Below, in pieces: positions 19,400 through 27,883 of a stretch of 64,000 nt of DNA. Within the stretch, counting starts at the first letter, position 1, and each line of letters opens with the position of its first letter. A program made the translations under genes and the position numbers. Location: the NCBI GenBank assembly GCA_963701965.1, contig OY969695.1, positions 2,912,001-2,976,000 of the forward strand, in the 5' to 3' direction. A model generated the notes under the pieces. It did no database searches, was not told the origin of the DNA, and was given only the letters and a program-made list of their open reading frames with translations. Source of the stretch: an uncultured Gemmatimonadales bacterium (GTDB lineage Bacteria; Gemmatimonadota; Gemmatimonadetes; Gemmatimonadales; Gemmatimonadaceae).

Positions 19400-20580
19400 C
19401 GTCGGCGTACGCGTACCGTGCGGCCCGCGGCGATGGCGCGATGGAGCTGGGCACGGTCGACGCGGCGAGCCGCGACGCGGCGTCGGTGGTCCTGTCGGCG
19501 CGAGGACTCTGGGTCCTCGACGTACGGCCGGCGGCGCCAACACTCGCCCGCCGGTCACTGCCCGTCGCCGATCTCGCGCTCGGCCTCCGCCTTCTCGGCT
19601 CCCTGCTGGACGCCGGTCTCCCGGTCGCGCGGGCACTGGCGGCATTCGGCGACGTGGCGCCCGACGCCTGGCGCGAGGCGATCCCCGGCGTCCGCCAGAG
19701 CGTGCGTGAAGGGCAGTCTCTCGGCGCGGCGCTGGCCGCGGCGCCGATCGACGTGCCGGCGGTCGTCATCGGCATGGTCCAGGCGGGCGAAGCCGGCAGC
19801 GGGCTCGCCGCCGCCGTCACCCGCGCGGCCGATCTCATGGAGTCCCAGGCGGCTACGCGGGCGGCCATCCGGGGAGCCCTCATCTATCCGCTGATCCTCA
19901 CCGTCGCCGGATCGGCGTCACTCACGCTCCTGGTCGGCGTCGTGTTGCCGCGGTTCGCGGCGATCCTCGCCGATCTCGGACAGACACTGCCGCCCACCAC
20001 GCGCGTCGTGCTCGATGCCGCGGCGGTCGTCCGCGCTGGTATCATCCCGGGGCTCATCGCACTGGTCGTCGGCCTCGGCGTCTGGCGGGTGTGGGTCGCG
20101 ACGAGCGCCGGTCGGGCGCAGTGGCATGCGTGGCTCCTCACCGTGCCCCTCCTCGGCGCGATCCGGCGCTCGGCCGCGGTCGCGCGCTCCGCGGCGGCGG
20201 TCGCGTCTCTACTCGACAGCGGAGTCCCGCTCGCCTCGGCGATGACCGCCGGTGCCCGCGCCGCCGGCGACGCGTCGCTCGAGACACGACTCAGCGCCGC
20301 GCGCGCCGCCGTCGTCGCCGGCGCACCCTTGGGTCGCGCGCTGCACGACGCCGCGGCGGCGACGTCGACCGTCGTCCGCCTCGTGCGGGCCGGCGAAGAG
20401 AGCGGCAGGCTGGCCGAGATGCTGGCGCGGGCCGCCGCGCTGGAGGCCGAGCGCGCGCGGCGGCTCGTGACGGGCGCCGTGCGGCTCTTGGAGCCCGCAT
20501 TGATCCTCGCCTTCGGCGGCGTCGTGGCGTTTGTCGCGGCGGCGCTACTGCAGGCCGTCTACAGTGTGCGTCCCACGTGA
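19396..20580 (+). CDS. gspF: T2SS inner-membrane platform protein GspF
   Basis: GTGA overlap with gspG stop; LLDAGLP, AGEAGSGL, ALIYP, LLDSGVPL, AGEESGRL, LLEP. Confidence 0.92.
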   Translation: MTSAYAYRAARGDGAMELGTVDAASRDAASVVLSARGLWVLDVRPAAPTLARRSLPVADLALGLRLLGSLLDAGLPVARALAAFGDVAPDAWREAIPGVRQSVREGQSLGAALAAAPIDVPAVVIGMVQAGEAGSGLAAAVTRAADLMESQAATRAAIRGALIYPLILTVAGSASLTLLVGVVLPRFAAILADLGQTLPPTTRVVLDAAAVVRAGIIPGLIALVVGLGVWRVWVATSAGRAQWHAWLLTVPLLGAIRRSAAVARSAAAVASLLDSGVPLASAMTAGARAAGDASLETRLSAARAAVVAGAPLGRALHDAAAATSTVVRLVRAGEESGRLAEMLARAAALEAERARRLVTGAVRLLEPALILAFGGVVAFVAAALLQAVYSVRPT

Positions 20581-20879
20581 CTCGCGCACGCGGGTCGACG
20601 CTGATCGAGTTGATCGTCGTGCTGGCGATCCTCGGCGTGCTCGCGGGTGTGACGACCTTGGCGTTCCGCCGGGCCGCGCCGGCCGCCGAGGCGCCGAGTT
20701 GGGCCCGCGCCGTGGCCGCCGCCCGGCGCACCGCGCTCGACTCGGCACGGTCCGTCACCATCACCGTCACCGTCGACGCAACGCCGCGTGCCGTGACGGC
20801 GCTACCCGACGGAAGCGTGATCGCCGACCAAGGCCTCACGCTGGATCGCTTGACCGGAGGAGCATCGCGTGTCCGTTAG
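20577..20879 (+). CDS. Minor pseudopilin (GspH position)
   Basis: GTGA overlap; RARG|STLIELIVVLAILG prepilin-type N-terminus. Confidence 0.75.
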   Translation: MTRARGSTLIELIVVLAILGVLAGVTTLAFRRAAPAAEAPSWARAVAAARRTALDSARSVTITVTVDATPRAVTALPDGSVIADQGLTLDRLTGGASRVR

Positions 20880-21225
20880 CGTCCGATCGGGCGTGGTGCT
20901 CCTCGAGACGATGATCGCGTTGACACTATTGACAGTCGCCGGTCTCGCGACCGTCGCCATCGTGCGCCAGGGCGTCGACAGCGCCCGCCGGGCCGAGATC
21001 GCCGACGCCGAGATCCGGCGCGCTAGCGCGTTCCTCGATGCGGTCGCGCTCTGGCCCCGGGCCGATCTCGATCGCCATCTCGGGGATCGCCCCGAGGGTG
21101 CGTGGCGCCTCACGATCGACCGCCCGGTTCCGACCCTCTATCTCGTGGCGTTGAGCGACGGCGGTTCTGGTCGCGAGCTGCTGCGTACGGCCCTCTATCG
21201 TCCGGTGCCACCTGATGCGCCCTAG
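20869..21225 (+). CDS. Minor pseudopilin (GspI position)
   Basis: RSG|VVLLETMIALTLL prepilin-type N-terminus with E5. Confidence 0.75.
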   Translation: MSVSVRSGVVLLETMIALTLLTVAGLATVAIVRQGVDSARRAEIADAEIRRASAFLDAVALWPRADLDRHLGDRPEGAWRLTIDRPVPTLYLVALSDGGSGRELLRTALYRPVPPDAP

Positions 21226-21745
21226 GGGATTCACGCTGATCGAGCTTGTGGTCGCGATCGCGATCGGTGGCGTGGTATTGCTCGGCGCCCGCGCGCTGTG
21301 GGAGTCGCTGGCGCTGTCGGTCGATCGTCTGAGCGGTCAGGCGCGTGTCGCTGACGCCCAGGCCAACGGCGACCGGCTGCTGCGGTCGGTCCTCGGCCGC
21401 CTGGAAGTCGGCACGGATCAGTCCAAGGAATTTGCTGGCGACCCGGGCGTTGTCTCGTTCACCACGTGGTGCGACGTCCCGGCGGGCTGGCAGGAACGGT
21501 GCGACGCCCGCCTTTCGATCGAAAACGCGTCGGATTCGGATCTCGCGCTCGTTCTGCGTCTCTCCACCGGCGAGAACGTCACGCTGCGCCGCGGGATACA
21601 CGTCGCCGCGCTGCGCTATCTCAATGATCCGGTCGCTAGCGGCGTGTGGTTCCGCGTCTGGGGCCGTGGCATCACGGCGCCGCTCGCCGTGGGTGTGATC
21701 GCCGACGGGGACACCGCGATCGTGCGCATTGGGGAGCGGGGATGA
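21215..21745 (+). CDS. Minor pseudopilin (GspJ position)
   Basis: RPRG|FTLIELVVAIAI. Confidence 0.8.
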   Translation: MRPRGFTLIELVVAIAIGGVVLLGARALWESLALSVDRLSGQARVADAQANGDRLLRSVLGRLEVGTDQSKEFAGDPGVVSFTTWCDVPAGWQERCDARLSIENASDSDLALVLRLSTGENVTLRRGIHVAALRYLNDPVASGVWFRVWGRGITAPLAVGVIADGDTAIVRIGERG

Positions 21746-22653
21746 CCCGTCGACGTCAACGCCGCGGGTTCGCCTTGCTCGCGGTGCTCTGGGTCACCGT
21801 AGGCTTGAGCGCCATCGCGCTGGCCGGCCTGCTCGCTGCCCGGGGCGCCGCCGCAACGGCGCGGAATCGCATTGCCCTCACGCGCGGACGGTGGCGCGCC
21901 GAGGATTGTGTGGAACGGGCACGGGCGGTGATCGACGACGCGTTGAGCGGTGGGAATGCGATTCCGCGTCCCATCGCCGGCGGTTGGGATGCGCTCGACC
22001 GTGTCGTCGCCGCGTCGCCCGCAGTCACGGCCGCCCAGTGCGACGTCACGATGACACCTGCCGGTGTGGCCGTCGACGTCAACGTCGCGGACGCCGAGCA
22101 GGTGCGCGCCACGCTGCTGGCGGCGGGCGTCGTTGCGCCACAGGCAGATTCAATGACGGATGCGTTGCTCGACTGGCGCGACCCCGACGACATCCCGCGT
22201 CCACTCGGCGCCGAGCGTGACTGGTACGCGGCGCGAGGGCTGTTCACTCCGCGCAATGGCCGGATCGCGGACATCCGCGAGCTACGGCGCATTCGCGGGT
22301 TCAATGCCACGGTGTTGCCGGACTCGACGCTCGCTGCGCTGTTCACCGTCGAGCCGGGCCGCATCCTCTGGAGTCGTGCGCCGCTCGCTGTGCTGGCCGG
22401 CCTGCCTGGCGTCGACAATGAAGCGCATGGCCTCTTGCGTGAGGCGCGCTTGAGCCTCCCCGATCTACGCGCCTCGCTGTCGCCGGCAGCGCAGAAACGT
22501 ATGGATGCCCATTATGCGGACCTCCAGCGGCTCACGACCGACCATCCGGATGCGTGGTTGCTGACGGCACGGGACAATGGCGCAACTATAGAGGTGCGGC
22601 TGGCGCTCGCCGGCCCCCGTGCCGCCATTGTCCGGCGGCGTACCACGCCATGA
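21742..22653 (+). CDS. gspK: Minor pseudopilin GspK
   Basis: RRG|FALLAVLW (no E5), VDVN, DALLDWRDPDD, GAE..WY, PRNG...ELRRIRG. Confidence 0.9.
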   Translation: MTRRRQRRGFALLAVLWVTVGLSAIALAGLLAARGAAATARNRIALTRGRWRAEDCVERARAVIDDALSGGNAIPRPIAGGWDALDRVVAASPAVTAAQCDVTMTPAGVAVDVNVADAEQVRATLLAAGVVAPQADSMTDALLDWRDPDDIPRPLGAERDWYAARGLFTPRNGRIADIRELRRIRGFNATVLPDSTLAALFTVEPGRILWSRAPLAVLAGLPGVDNEAHGLLREARLSLPDLRASLSPAAQKRMDAHYADLQRLTTDHPDAWLLTARDNGATIEVRLALAGPRAAIVRRRTTP

Positions 22654-23849
22654 GGATGCTCGTCGGGGTAAGCCTCGATCGCGACCGGGCGCGCGCCGTT
22701 GGCGTGACTGGCGACCGCGTGGCGTGGGGTGTCAATGCGCCGATCGATCCCGCCGCGCCTCTCGCCGATGCCCTTGCCGCTTTCCTGGGCCAGCTTCCGT
22801 TGCCCCGCTGGCCGCGGCCGCGACTCACGGTCGCACTAGGGAGCGCGTTCGCGCAGACGAAGCGGTTGGCCGGGCTGCCGCCTCTCGCTGACGAGCGCCT
22901 ATTGGCTCGCGCGGTGGACGAGCACGTCGGCCGATTCTTTCTCAAGAATGGTATCCCGCTCGTGACGACGTCCGTGCGCGTGGATAGCCCGGACGTCGTA
23001 TGGGCCGCCGCGCTCGACCAGCCCGTGGTCGCCGCGGTGGAGTCCGCCTGTCGCACGACGCGCGTCCGGTTGCACGGCATCGTGCCCGTGGTCGACGTGG
23101 TGGGCCGCGGCCTCGCGCTCGCGGCGAGTGACAGCGTGACATGGCGCGAGTCTGGACCTGGCTCGCGCATCAGTTGGATCAATGGGCGGTTGATCGGAGT
23201 ATCCCGCCACTCGGGCTCCGCCGACCCAGCCCCAGCACCGATCCCCGTCGCCGCGCTGTCGGCCCTGGGCGATAGCGCCTGGCGGTTCGCGGCCGCATAT
23301 GGCGCGACCCAACATCTCGGGCAAACGCTCGTATGGCGTTCGCGCGTCGAAGCGGCGGATGCGGTGCCCCGATGGCGTCTCGGAGTCGCCGGTGCCGCGG
23401 CCGCACTCGCGCTGTGCGCGACCCTGCTGGTCCCGGCGTTGTCAGCGCGACTCGCCGAACGTCGCACGATCGCGCATCTCGGGGCGGTTGGACCGGCGCG
23501 CCAGCGGGCCCTCCGGATCGACCGTGAAACCGATCTGGTCACACGCGCACTCGGCGAAGTCGCCGCGTTCGACGCCGGTCGCCGGCCGGTGACCTTGATA
23601 CTCGGCGCCCTGGCGCGCGCGTTGCCCGCCCAGTCGGCGGTCGTGGCGCTGCATGTCGACAGCCTCGGCGGCTCGGTCGTCGCGCTGGCGCCCCGGGCGG
23701 GTGCTGTTCTCACCGCGCTGGAGCACGTCCCCGGCGTGGCCGCGCCGGAGATCGTCGGTCCGGTCACCCGCGAACTCACGGGTTCCGATGCGGCACATCA
23801 AATCGACGTCGAGCGCGCGACAATGCGATTCCGGTGGTTAGCTCAATGA
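22650..23849 (+). CDS. GspL/PilMN-like assembly platform protein
   Basis: ATGA-coupled to gspK; cytoplasmic domain, single TM, periplasmic domain; position between K and M. Confidence 0.65.
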   Translation: MRMLVGVSLDRDRARAVGVTGDRVAWGVNAPIDPAAPLADALAAFLGQLPLPRWPRPRLTVALGSAFAQTKRLAGLPPLADERLLARAVDEHVGRFFLKNGIPLVTTSVRVDSPDVVWAAALDQPVVAAVESACRTTRVRLHGIVPVVDVVGRGLALAASDSVTWRESGPGSRISWINGRLIGVSRHSGSADPAPAPIPVAALSALGDSAWRFAAAYGATQHLGQTLVWRSRVEAADAVPRWRLGVAGAAAALALCATLLVPALSARLAERRTIAHLGAVGPARQRALRIDRETDLVTRALGEVAAFDAGRRPVTLILGALARALPAQSAVVALHVDSLGGSVVALAPRAGAVLTALEHVPGVAAPEIVGPVTRELTGSDAAHQIDVERATMRFRWLAQ

Positions 23850-24427
23850 CGCGCATCGCGATGTCACCGCGCGAGCGGCGTCTCGTGATCGTCGGAAGCA
23901 CCGCCATCGCGTTGATCGTCGTTCTCGGCCGCGGGATTCCGGCGTGGCGCGCCTGGGTGCGCGATGCCCGCGCCGGTGCCGCCGAACAAATGCGCGCCGC
24001 CGCGACGGCTGACGCGTTGCTGGCTGGGACTCGCGGGCGGCAGGATACGCTCGCGGTACGCCAGGCGCGATATCTGGCGCTCGCGCCGTCTCTGGTCCCG
24101 GGAACGACCACGGGTCAAGCCTCGGCCGCGTTGGCCTCCTTCGTTTCGAGCAGCGCCGCGGCGGCGGGTGTCAAACTCGGCGCGGTGCAGATTCGACCCG
24201 CCGCCGACACGGGGCACGGCCACGCATTCGCCCGCGTGAGTGTCCACGCGGATCTCGTTGGCGACGTGCGCGGCCTCGCGGCCTTGCTGCTCGCCCTGGA
24301 ACGCGGACCCCTCGGACTCAGGGTGCGCGAGCTGACCGTCAATCAGGCCGCGCCGTCGGCCCCGACGGACCGCGCGGAAGCCTTGCACGCTGATCTCGTG
24401 GTCGACGGGCTCGTACTCATTCAATGA
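23846..24427 (+). CDS. gspM: T2SS protein GspM-like
   Basis: MSPRERRLVIVG N-terminal motif plus TM; C-terminal GD...L..LL..LE ferredoxin-like pattern. Confidence 0.75.
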   Translation: MTRIAMSPRERRLVIVGSTAIALIVVLGRGIPAWRAWVRDARAGAAEQMRAAATADALLAGTRGRQDTLAVRQARYLALAPSLVPGTTTGQASAALASFVSSSAAAAGVKLGAVQIRPAADTGHGHAFARVSVHADLVGDVRGLAALLLALERGPLGLRVRELTVNQAAPSAPTDRAEALHADLVVDGLVLIQ

Positions 24428-24434
24428 ATTCGCT

Positions 24435-24905
24435 ATGAACTCGAGCCGCATCGAGATCGCGCTATGGGTCGCGACCGCCACGTTTGGCGTCGGGGCTGGC
24501 ATTGCCGGGCGTATGACGTCTGCGTCACCGGTTGACGCTGCCCGCGGCGCCCCTATCGTCGCCGATCCCCGCGCGCCCGACGCGGACAGCCTCGCCGCCT
24601 CGGCGCGAGCGCTGGCGGATGGCGATCCATTCCGGCTCGACCATCGCCCGACGGCTGTCGCCTATCGGCCCGAGCTCGAGGGCGTCACGCCGCCGCCGAG
24701 ACCACCCAAGCCTGTGCTCGTGGTCGAAGGCGTCGTCGGCCGCTCCGCCCTGCTCAATGGCGTTCCGGGGCGCCCCGTGACCGCACTGGTCCATGCCGGT
24801 GACACCCTGGGAGGCCTGCGTGTGCGGCGTATCACCCCCGACACCGTAATCGTGTCCGATGCGGATACCACCTGGCGACTGATCGTGAGACGTCTATGGC
24901 AATGA
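24435..24905 (+). CDS. GspC/PilP-like small T2SS accessory protein
   Basis: TM anchor, DPF motif, Pro-rich linker, LVVEGVVG..ALL...VHAGDTLGG.RVRRI..D.V HR-domain pattern; precedes secretin. Confidence 0.6.
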   Translation: MNSSRIEIALWVATATFGVGAGIAGRMTSASPVDAARGAPIVADPRAPDADSLAASARALADGDPFRLDHRPTAVAYRPELEGVTPPPRPPKPVLVVEGVVGRSALLNGVPGRPVTALVHAGDTLGGLRVRRITPDTVIVSDADTTWRLIVRRLWQ

Positions 24906-26404
24906 GTTTCCCGCGCGCCGCGCGTGCCCTGTTCGTGATCGCGACAATGGCGGGCGCGACCCAGACATCGGCCCAACGCCCGGTCAGCGATCAGGGCGAC
25001 AGCGTCACGATCCACCTCGTCAATGTCGACCTCCGCGTTGCGGTCTCCGCGCTGGCGCCGTATCTCGACCGGCCGGTCGTATTCGGCGCGGTGCCCGCTC
25101 TCCGCGTGACGTTGGAGACACCGCACCCGGTGCCGCGCGCCGAGATCACGCGGCTGCTCACCGGCGTCGTGATATCGCAGAATCTCGATTTCACGATCGA
25201 TTCGACGGCGGGGCTCTATCGCATCATGCCGCACCCTCCGGCGTCACCGCCCCCACCTCCGGGCGGCATTCGCGGTGCAGACGGCATCGTTCGCGCGGCG
25301 GACGCCCCGCAACTCTTCGTCATTCACTTGAGTCATGCGCGGGCCGCTGACGTCGCGGCGACGGTGAACGCGCTGTACGGCCGCGCGAGTGCGTTGGGCG
25401 AGCCGGGTTCGGAGCGATCCGGCACCGGCACGCTGGGCAGTCAGCTGGCACAGAGCGCTTTTCAACCGCTGGCCACTCCAACAAGTCCCGGGAACCCGTC
25501 GCCCGCTGGCTCCGGCGGCCACGGGGCAACGCTAACGGGGGAAATCGCGATCATCCCCGACGCCGGAACCAACAGCCTCTTGATTCGCGCCAATGCCAGC
25601 GACTATGAGCTCCTCGCGGCCGCCGTCCGGGAGCTCGACGTGCGGCCCCTGCAGGTGCTCATCGAGGTGTTGATCGTCGAAGTCACGAAAAACTCGAACT
25701 TTGCGGCGGGACTCGGTCTCGCGTTTCCCACGCAGCAGGTCAAAGGCTCGCCCGTTAGTATCGGTGGTTCGACGCCGAGCGCGGGACTCGGCGACTTCGC
25801 GCTCAACGTCATGCGGAGCGGCGGACTGGCATTCACGGCCGCGCTGACGTCGGCCGCGACGAAGGGCGAGGCGCGGATTCTGTCGCGGCCCATCGTGCTC
25901 GCTGAGAACAATGAGGAGGCCGAGATCCTGGTCGGGAGCCAGCAGCCGTTCATACAGGTGCAGCAGACGCAAGTCGGCGCCGTTGCGCAGAACCAGGTCG
26001 TGCAGTATCAGGACGTCGGCACCAAGCTCACGGTCAAGCCCACGATCTCAACCGACGGCTACGTGCAGCTGCAGCTCACCCAGGAAGTCAACCAGGCCAC
26101 GGCTACGGTGCAGTTCAACGCCCCGGTGATCTCGACGCGCACCCTGCGCACGCGGCTCCTCGTGCGTGACAGCCAGACCGTCGTCCTTGGCGGGCTCTCG
26201 AGCCGCGAGAAGGACCGGACGTCGGAGGGAATACCGGTGTTGTCCTCGATCCCGGTCTTCGGGACACTGTTTGGACAGCAGAGCCGGACCGGCAGCGAAA
26301 CCGAGTTCTTCTTGTTCCTGACGCCGCGCATCGTCAAGACCGACGCCGACGCCGCGCGGGTGACCCAGCCGATCGATTCGATCATGCAGCGGGAGGTACC
26401 GTGA
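24896..26404 (+). CDS. gspD: Secretin GspD
   Basis: Signal peptide; LSHARAADVA, TNSLLI, LDVRPLQVLIEVLIVEV, ILSRP, YQDVGTKLTVKP, GIPVLSSIPVFGTLF, FLTPRIV. Confidence 0.95.
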   Translation: MAMSFPRAARALFVIATMAGATQTSAQRPVSDQGDSVTIHLVNVDLRVAVSALAPYLDRPVVFGAVPALRVTLETPHPVPRAEITRLLTGVVISQNLDFTIDSTAGLYRIMPHPPASPPPPPGGIRGADGIVRAADAPQLFVIHLSHARAADVAATVNALYGRASALGEPGSERSGTGTLGSQLAQSAFQPLATPTSPGNPSPAGSGGHGATLTGEIAIIPDAGTNSLLIRANASDYELLAAAVRELDVRPLQVLIEVLIVEVTKNSNFAAGLGLAFPTQQVKGSPVSIGGSTPSAGLGDFALNVMRSGGLAFTAALTSAATKGEARILSRPIVLAENNEEAEILVGSQQPFIQVQQTQVGAVAQNQVVQYQDVGTKLTVKPTISTDGYVQLQLTQEVNQATATVQFNAPVISTRTLRTRLLVRDSQTVVLGGLSSREKDRTSEGIPVLSSIPVFGTLFGQQSRTGSETEFFLFLTPRIVKTDADAARVTQPIDSIMQREVP

Positions 26405-27420
26405 GAGTAGCGACGACGATCGAGGATCTCCTGATCGGCGACTCGAGGGTGATGTCCGACCTGCGCGCACTCATTCGGCAGGTCGCGCGCTCTTCGCTGC
26501 CGGTCTTGGTGCGTGGTCCACGCGGAGCTGGCAAGGAGCTGGTCGCGCAGGCTTTGCATCGTGCCAGTGAACGCTCGGGTGCTTTCATCGCCTTCAATAT
26601 TTGCGCGATCCCGGACCCCATGTTCGAGGACGCGCTGTTCGGCCACGTCCGTGGCGCGTTCACGGGTGCGGTTTCGGATGCGCCAGGATACCTCACGGAG
26701 GCCCATCGCGGAACGGTCTTACTTGACGAAGTGACCGGGGTGGCGCCCGTCAACCAGCGCAAGTTGTTGCGCGCTCTTGAAACGCAGCGTTTTCGTCCGG
26801 TCGGCGGTCGAACCGATCGGCAAAGCGATTTTCGTCTTATTGCGGCGACGAACGATGACGTCGCTACGATGATCAGCGCGGGTCACTTTCGCGCAGACTT
26901 GGCAGACCGCCTGGCCGGAATTGTTGTCGACGTTCCTCCGCTCGCGAAGCGAATGGACGACTTGCCGTTGCTGGCGCGTCACTTCGTCACCGCGGCTCAG
27001 GTGCGACGACTGATGCACTTGTCCGATGACGCCGTCAGTGAACTGACAAGACACCATTGGCCCGGCAACGTCCGGCAGCTTCGCAGCACGATCGATCGTG
27101 CGATCGCGGTGACGGAGGGCCCGATCATTAGACGAGAAACAATTCTGTGGGCGCTGGCGAGCTCCGTCACGGAGACGGTCAGTCCGCCAGACCAGATTAA
27201 GAGCGTCTTCGAGCGTCGACGACTGATGACACTGCTTGAGGACCATGACTGGAATGTCGCCCGCGCTGCGGCTGCTCTCGGCGTGCATGAGACGACGGTC
27301 TACCGGCGCATGCGCAGACTCGACCTTGATCTTCCCAGAGAGACGCGATGGATCGCGCGCCGGCCGTCGGATGTTGCCAACGCTGGGTCGACTGCTGCAC
27401 GCGAGGAATCGCCGACCTGA
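26401..27420 (+). CDS. Sigma-54-dependent activator (AAA+ and Fis-type HTH) with no N-terminal sensory domain
   Basis: GPRGAGKE, LFGHVRGAFTGA, LLDEV, RLIAATN, WPGNVRQL, NVARAAAALGVHETTVYRRM; GTGA overlap with gspD. Confidence 0.92.
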   Translation: MRVATTIEDLLIGDSRVMSDLRALIRQVARSSLPVLVRGPRGAGKELVAQALHRASERSGAFIAFNICAIPDPMFEDALFGHVRGAFTGAVSDAPGYLTEAHRGTVLLDEVTGVAPVNQRKLLRALETQRFRPVGGRTDRQSDFRLIAATNDDVATMISAGHFRADLADRLAGIVVDVPPLAKRMDDLPLLARHFVTAAQVRRLMHLSDDAVSELTRHHWPGNVRQLRSTIDRAIAVTEGPIIRRETILWALASSVTETVSPPDQIKSVFERRRLMTLLEDHDWNVARAAAALGVHETTVYRRMRRLDLDLPRETRWIARRPSDVANAGSTAAREESPT

Positions 27421-27883
27421 CGGCGCCGCGAGGACTAGTTGCCGTACGTGCGGCCTGGCAGCCAATTGCGAATCAGACTCGATGGTGGGCACCCAATGCC
27501 TGGAGACGAATCGGACTCGTAGATCTCGGAGCCGTCGCCGTAACCGCTCGTCGGGAATTCGGCCCCGGTACCGCCTTCACACGCGCCTCGGTTGCGCCGT
27601 AGCCTGGTCACTAGGCGCCGCAAGCGGTGGGCTGCACGACTTGCGGACTCGCGCGCAACTTCGCGCGCCTGACAGGCAAGAAATGCAAGAGCCGGAGCGT
27701 CATCAATCGCCGTAACATCAGCGTGACCAGCGGGTTAGTACTTCGGCGCGAACGGTACGGCGGGTGCTAAGGAATGCCTGTCTCGATCGTCTTCCTCGTT
27801 CTCGCTGCGCTGGTGAGGGAGACATTGTGGTTCTCGGCTCAGGTGCATCCGCCCATTTGCGCGCTCCCTCAGGAGGTACATTG

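Noticed and set aside
17515..26404. Type IV pilus or Tad system rather than T2SS
   Set aside because: GspG and GspK signatures are clear and there is no PilT or Flp pilin
27456..27470. TGGCAGCCAATTGC as a sigma-54 promoter upstream of RHS-2
   Set aside because: Only 9 bases separate GG and GC; the -24/-12 element requires 10
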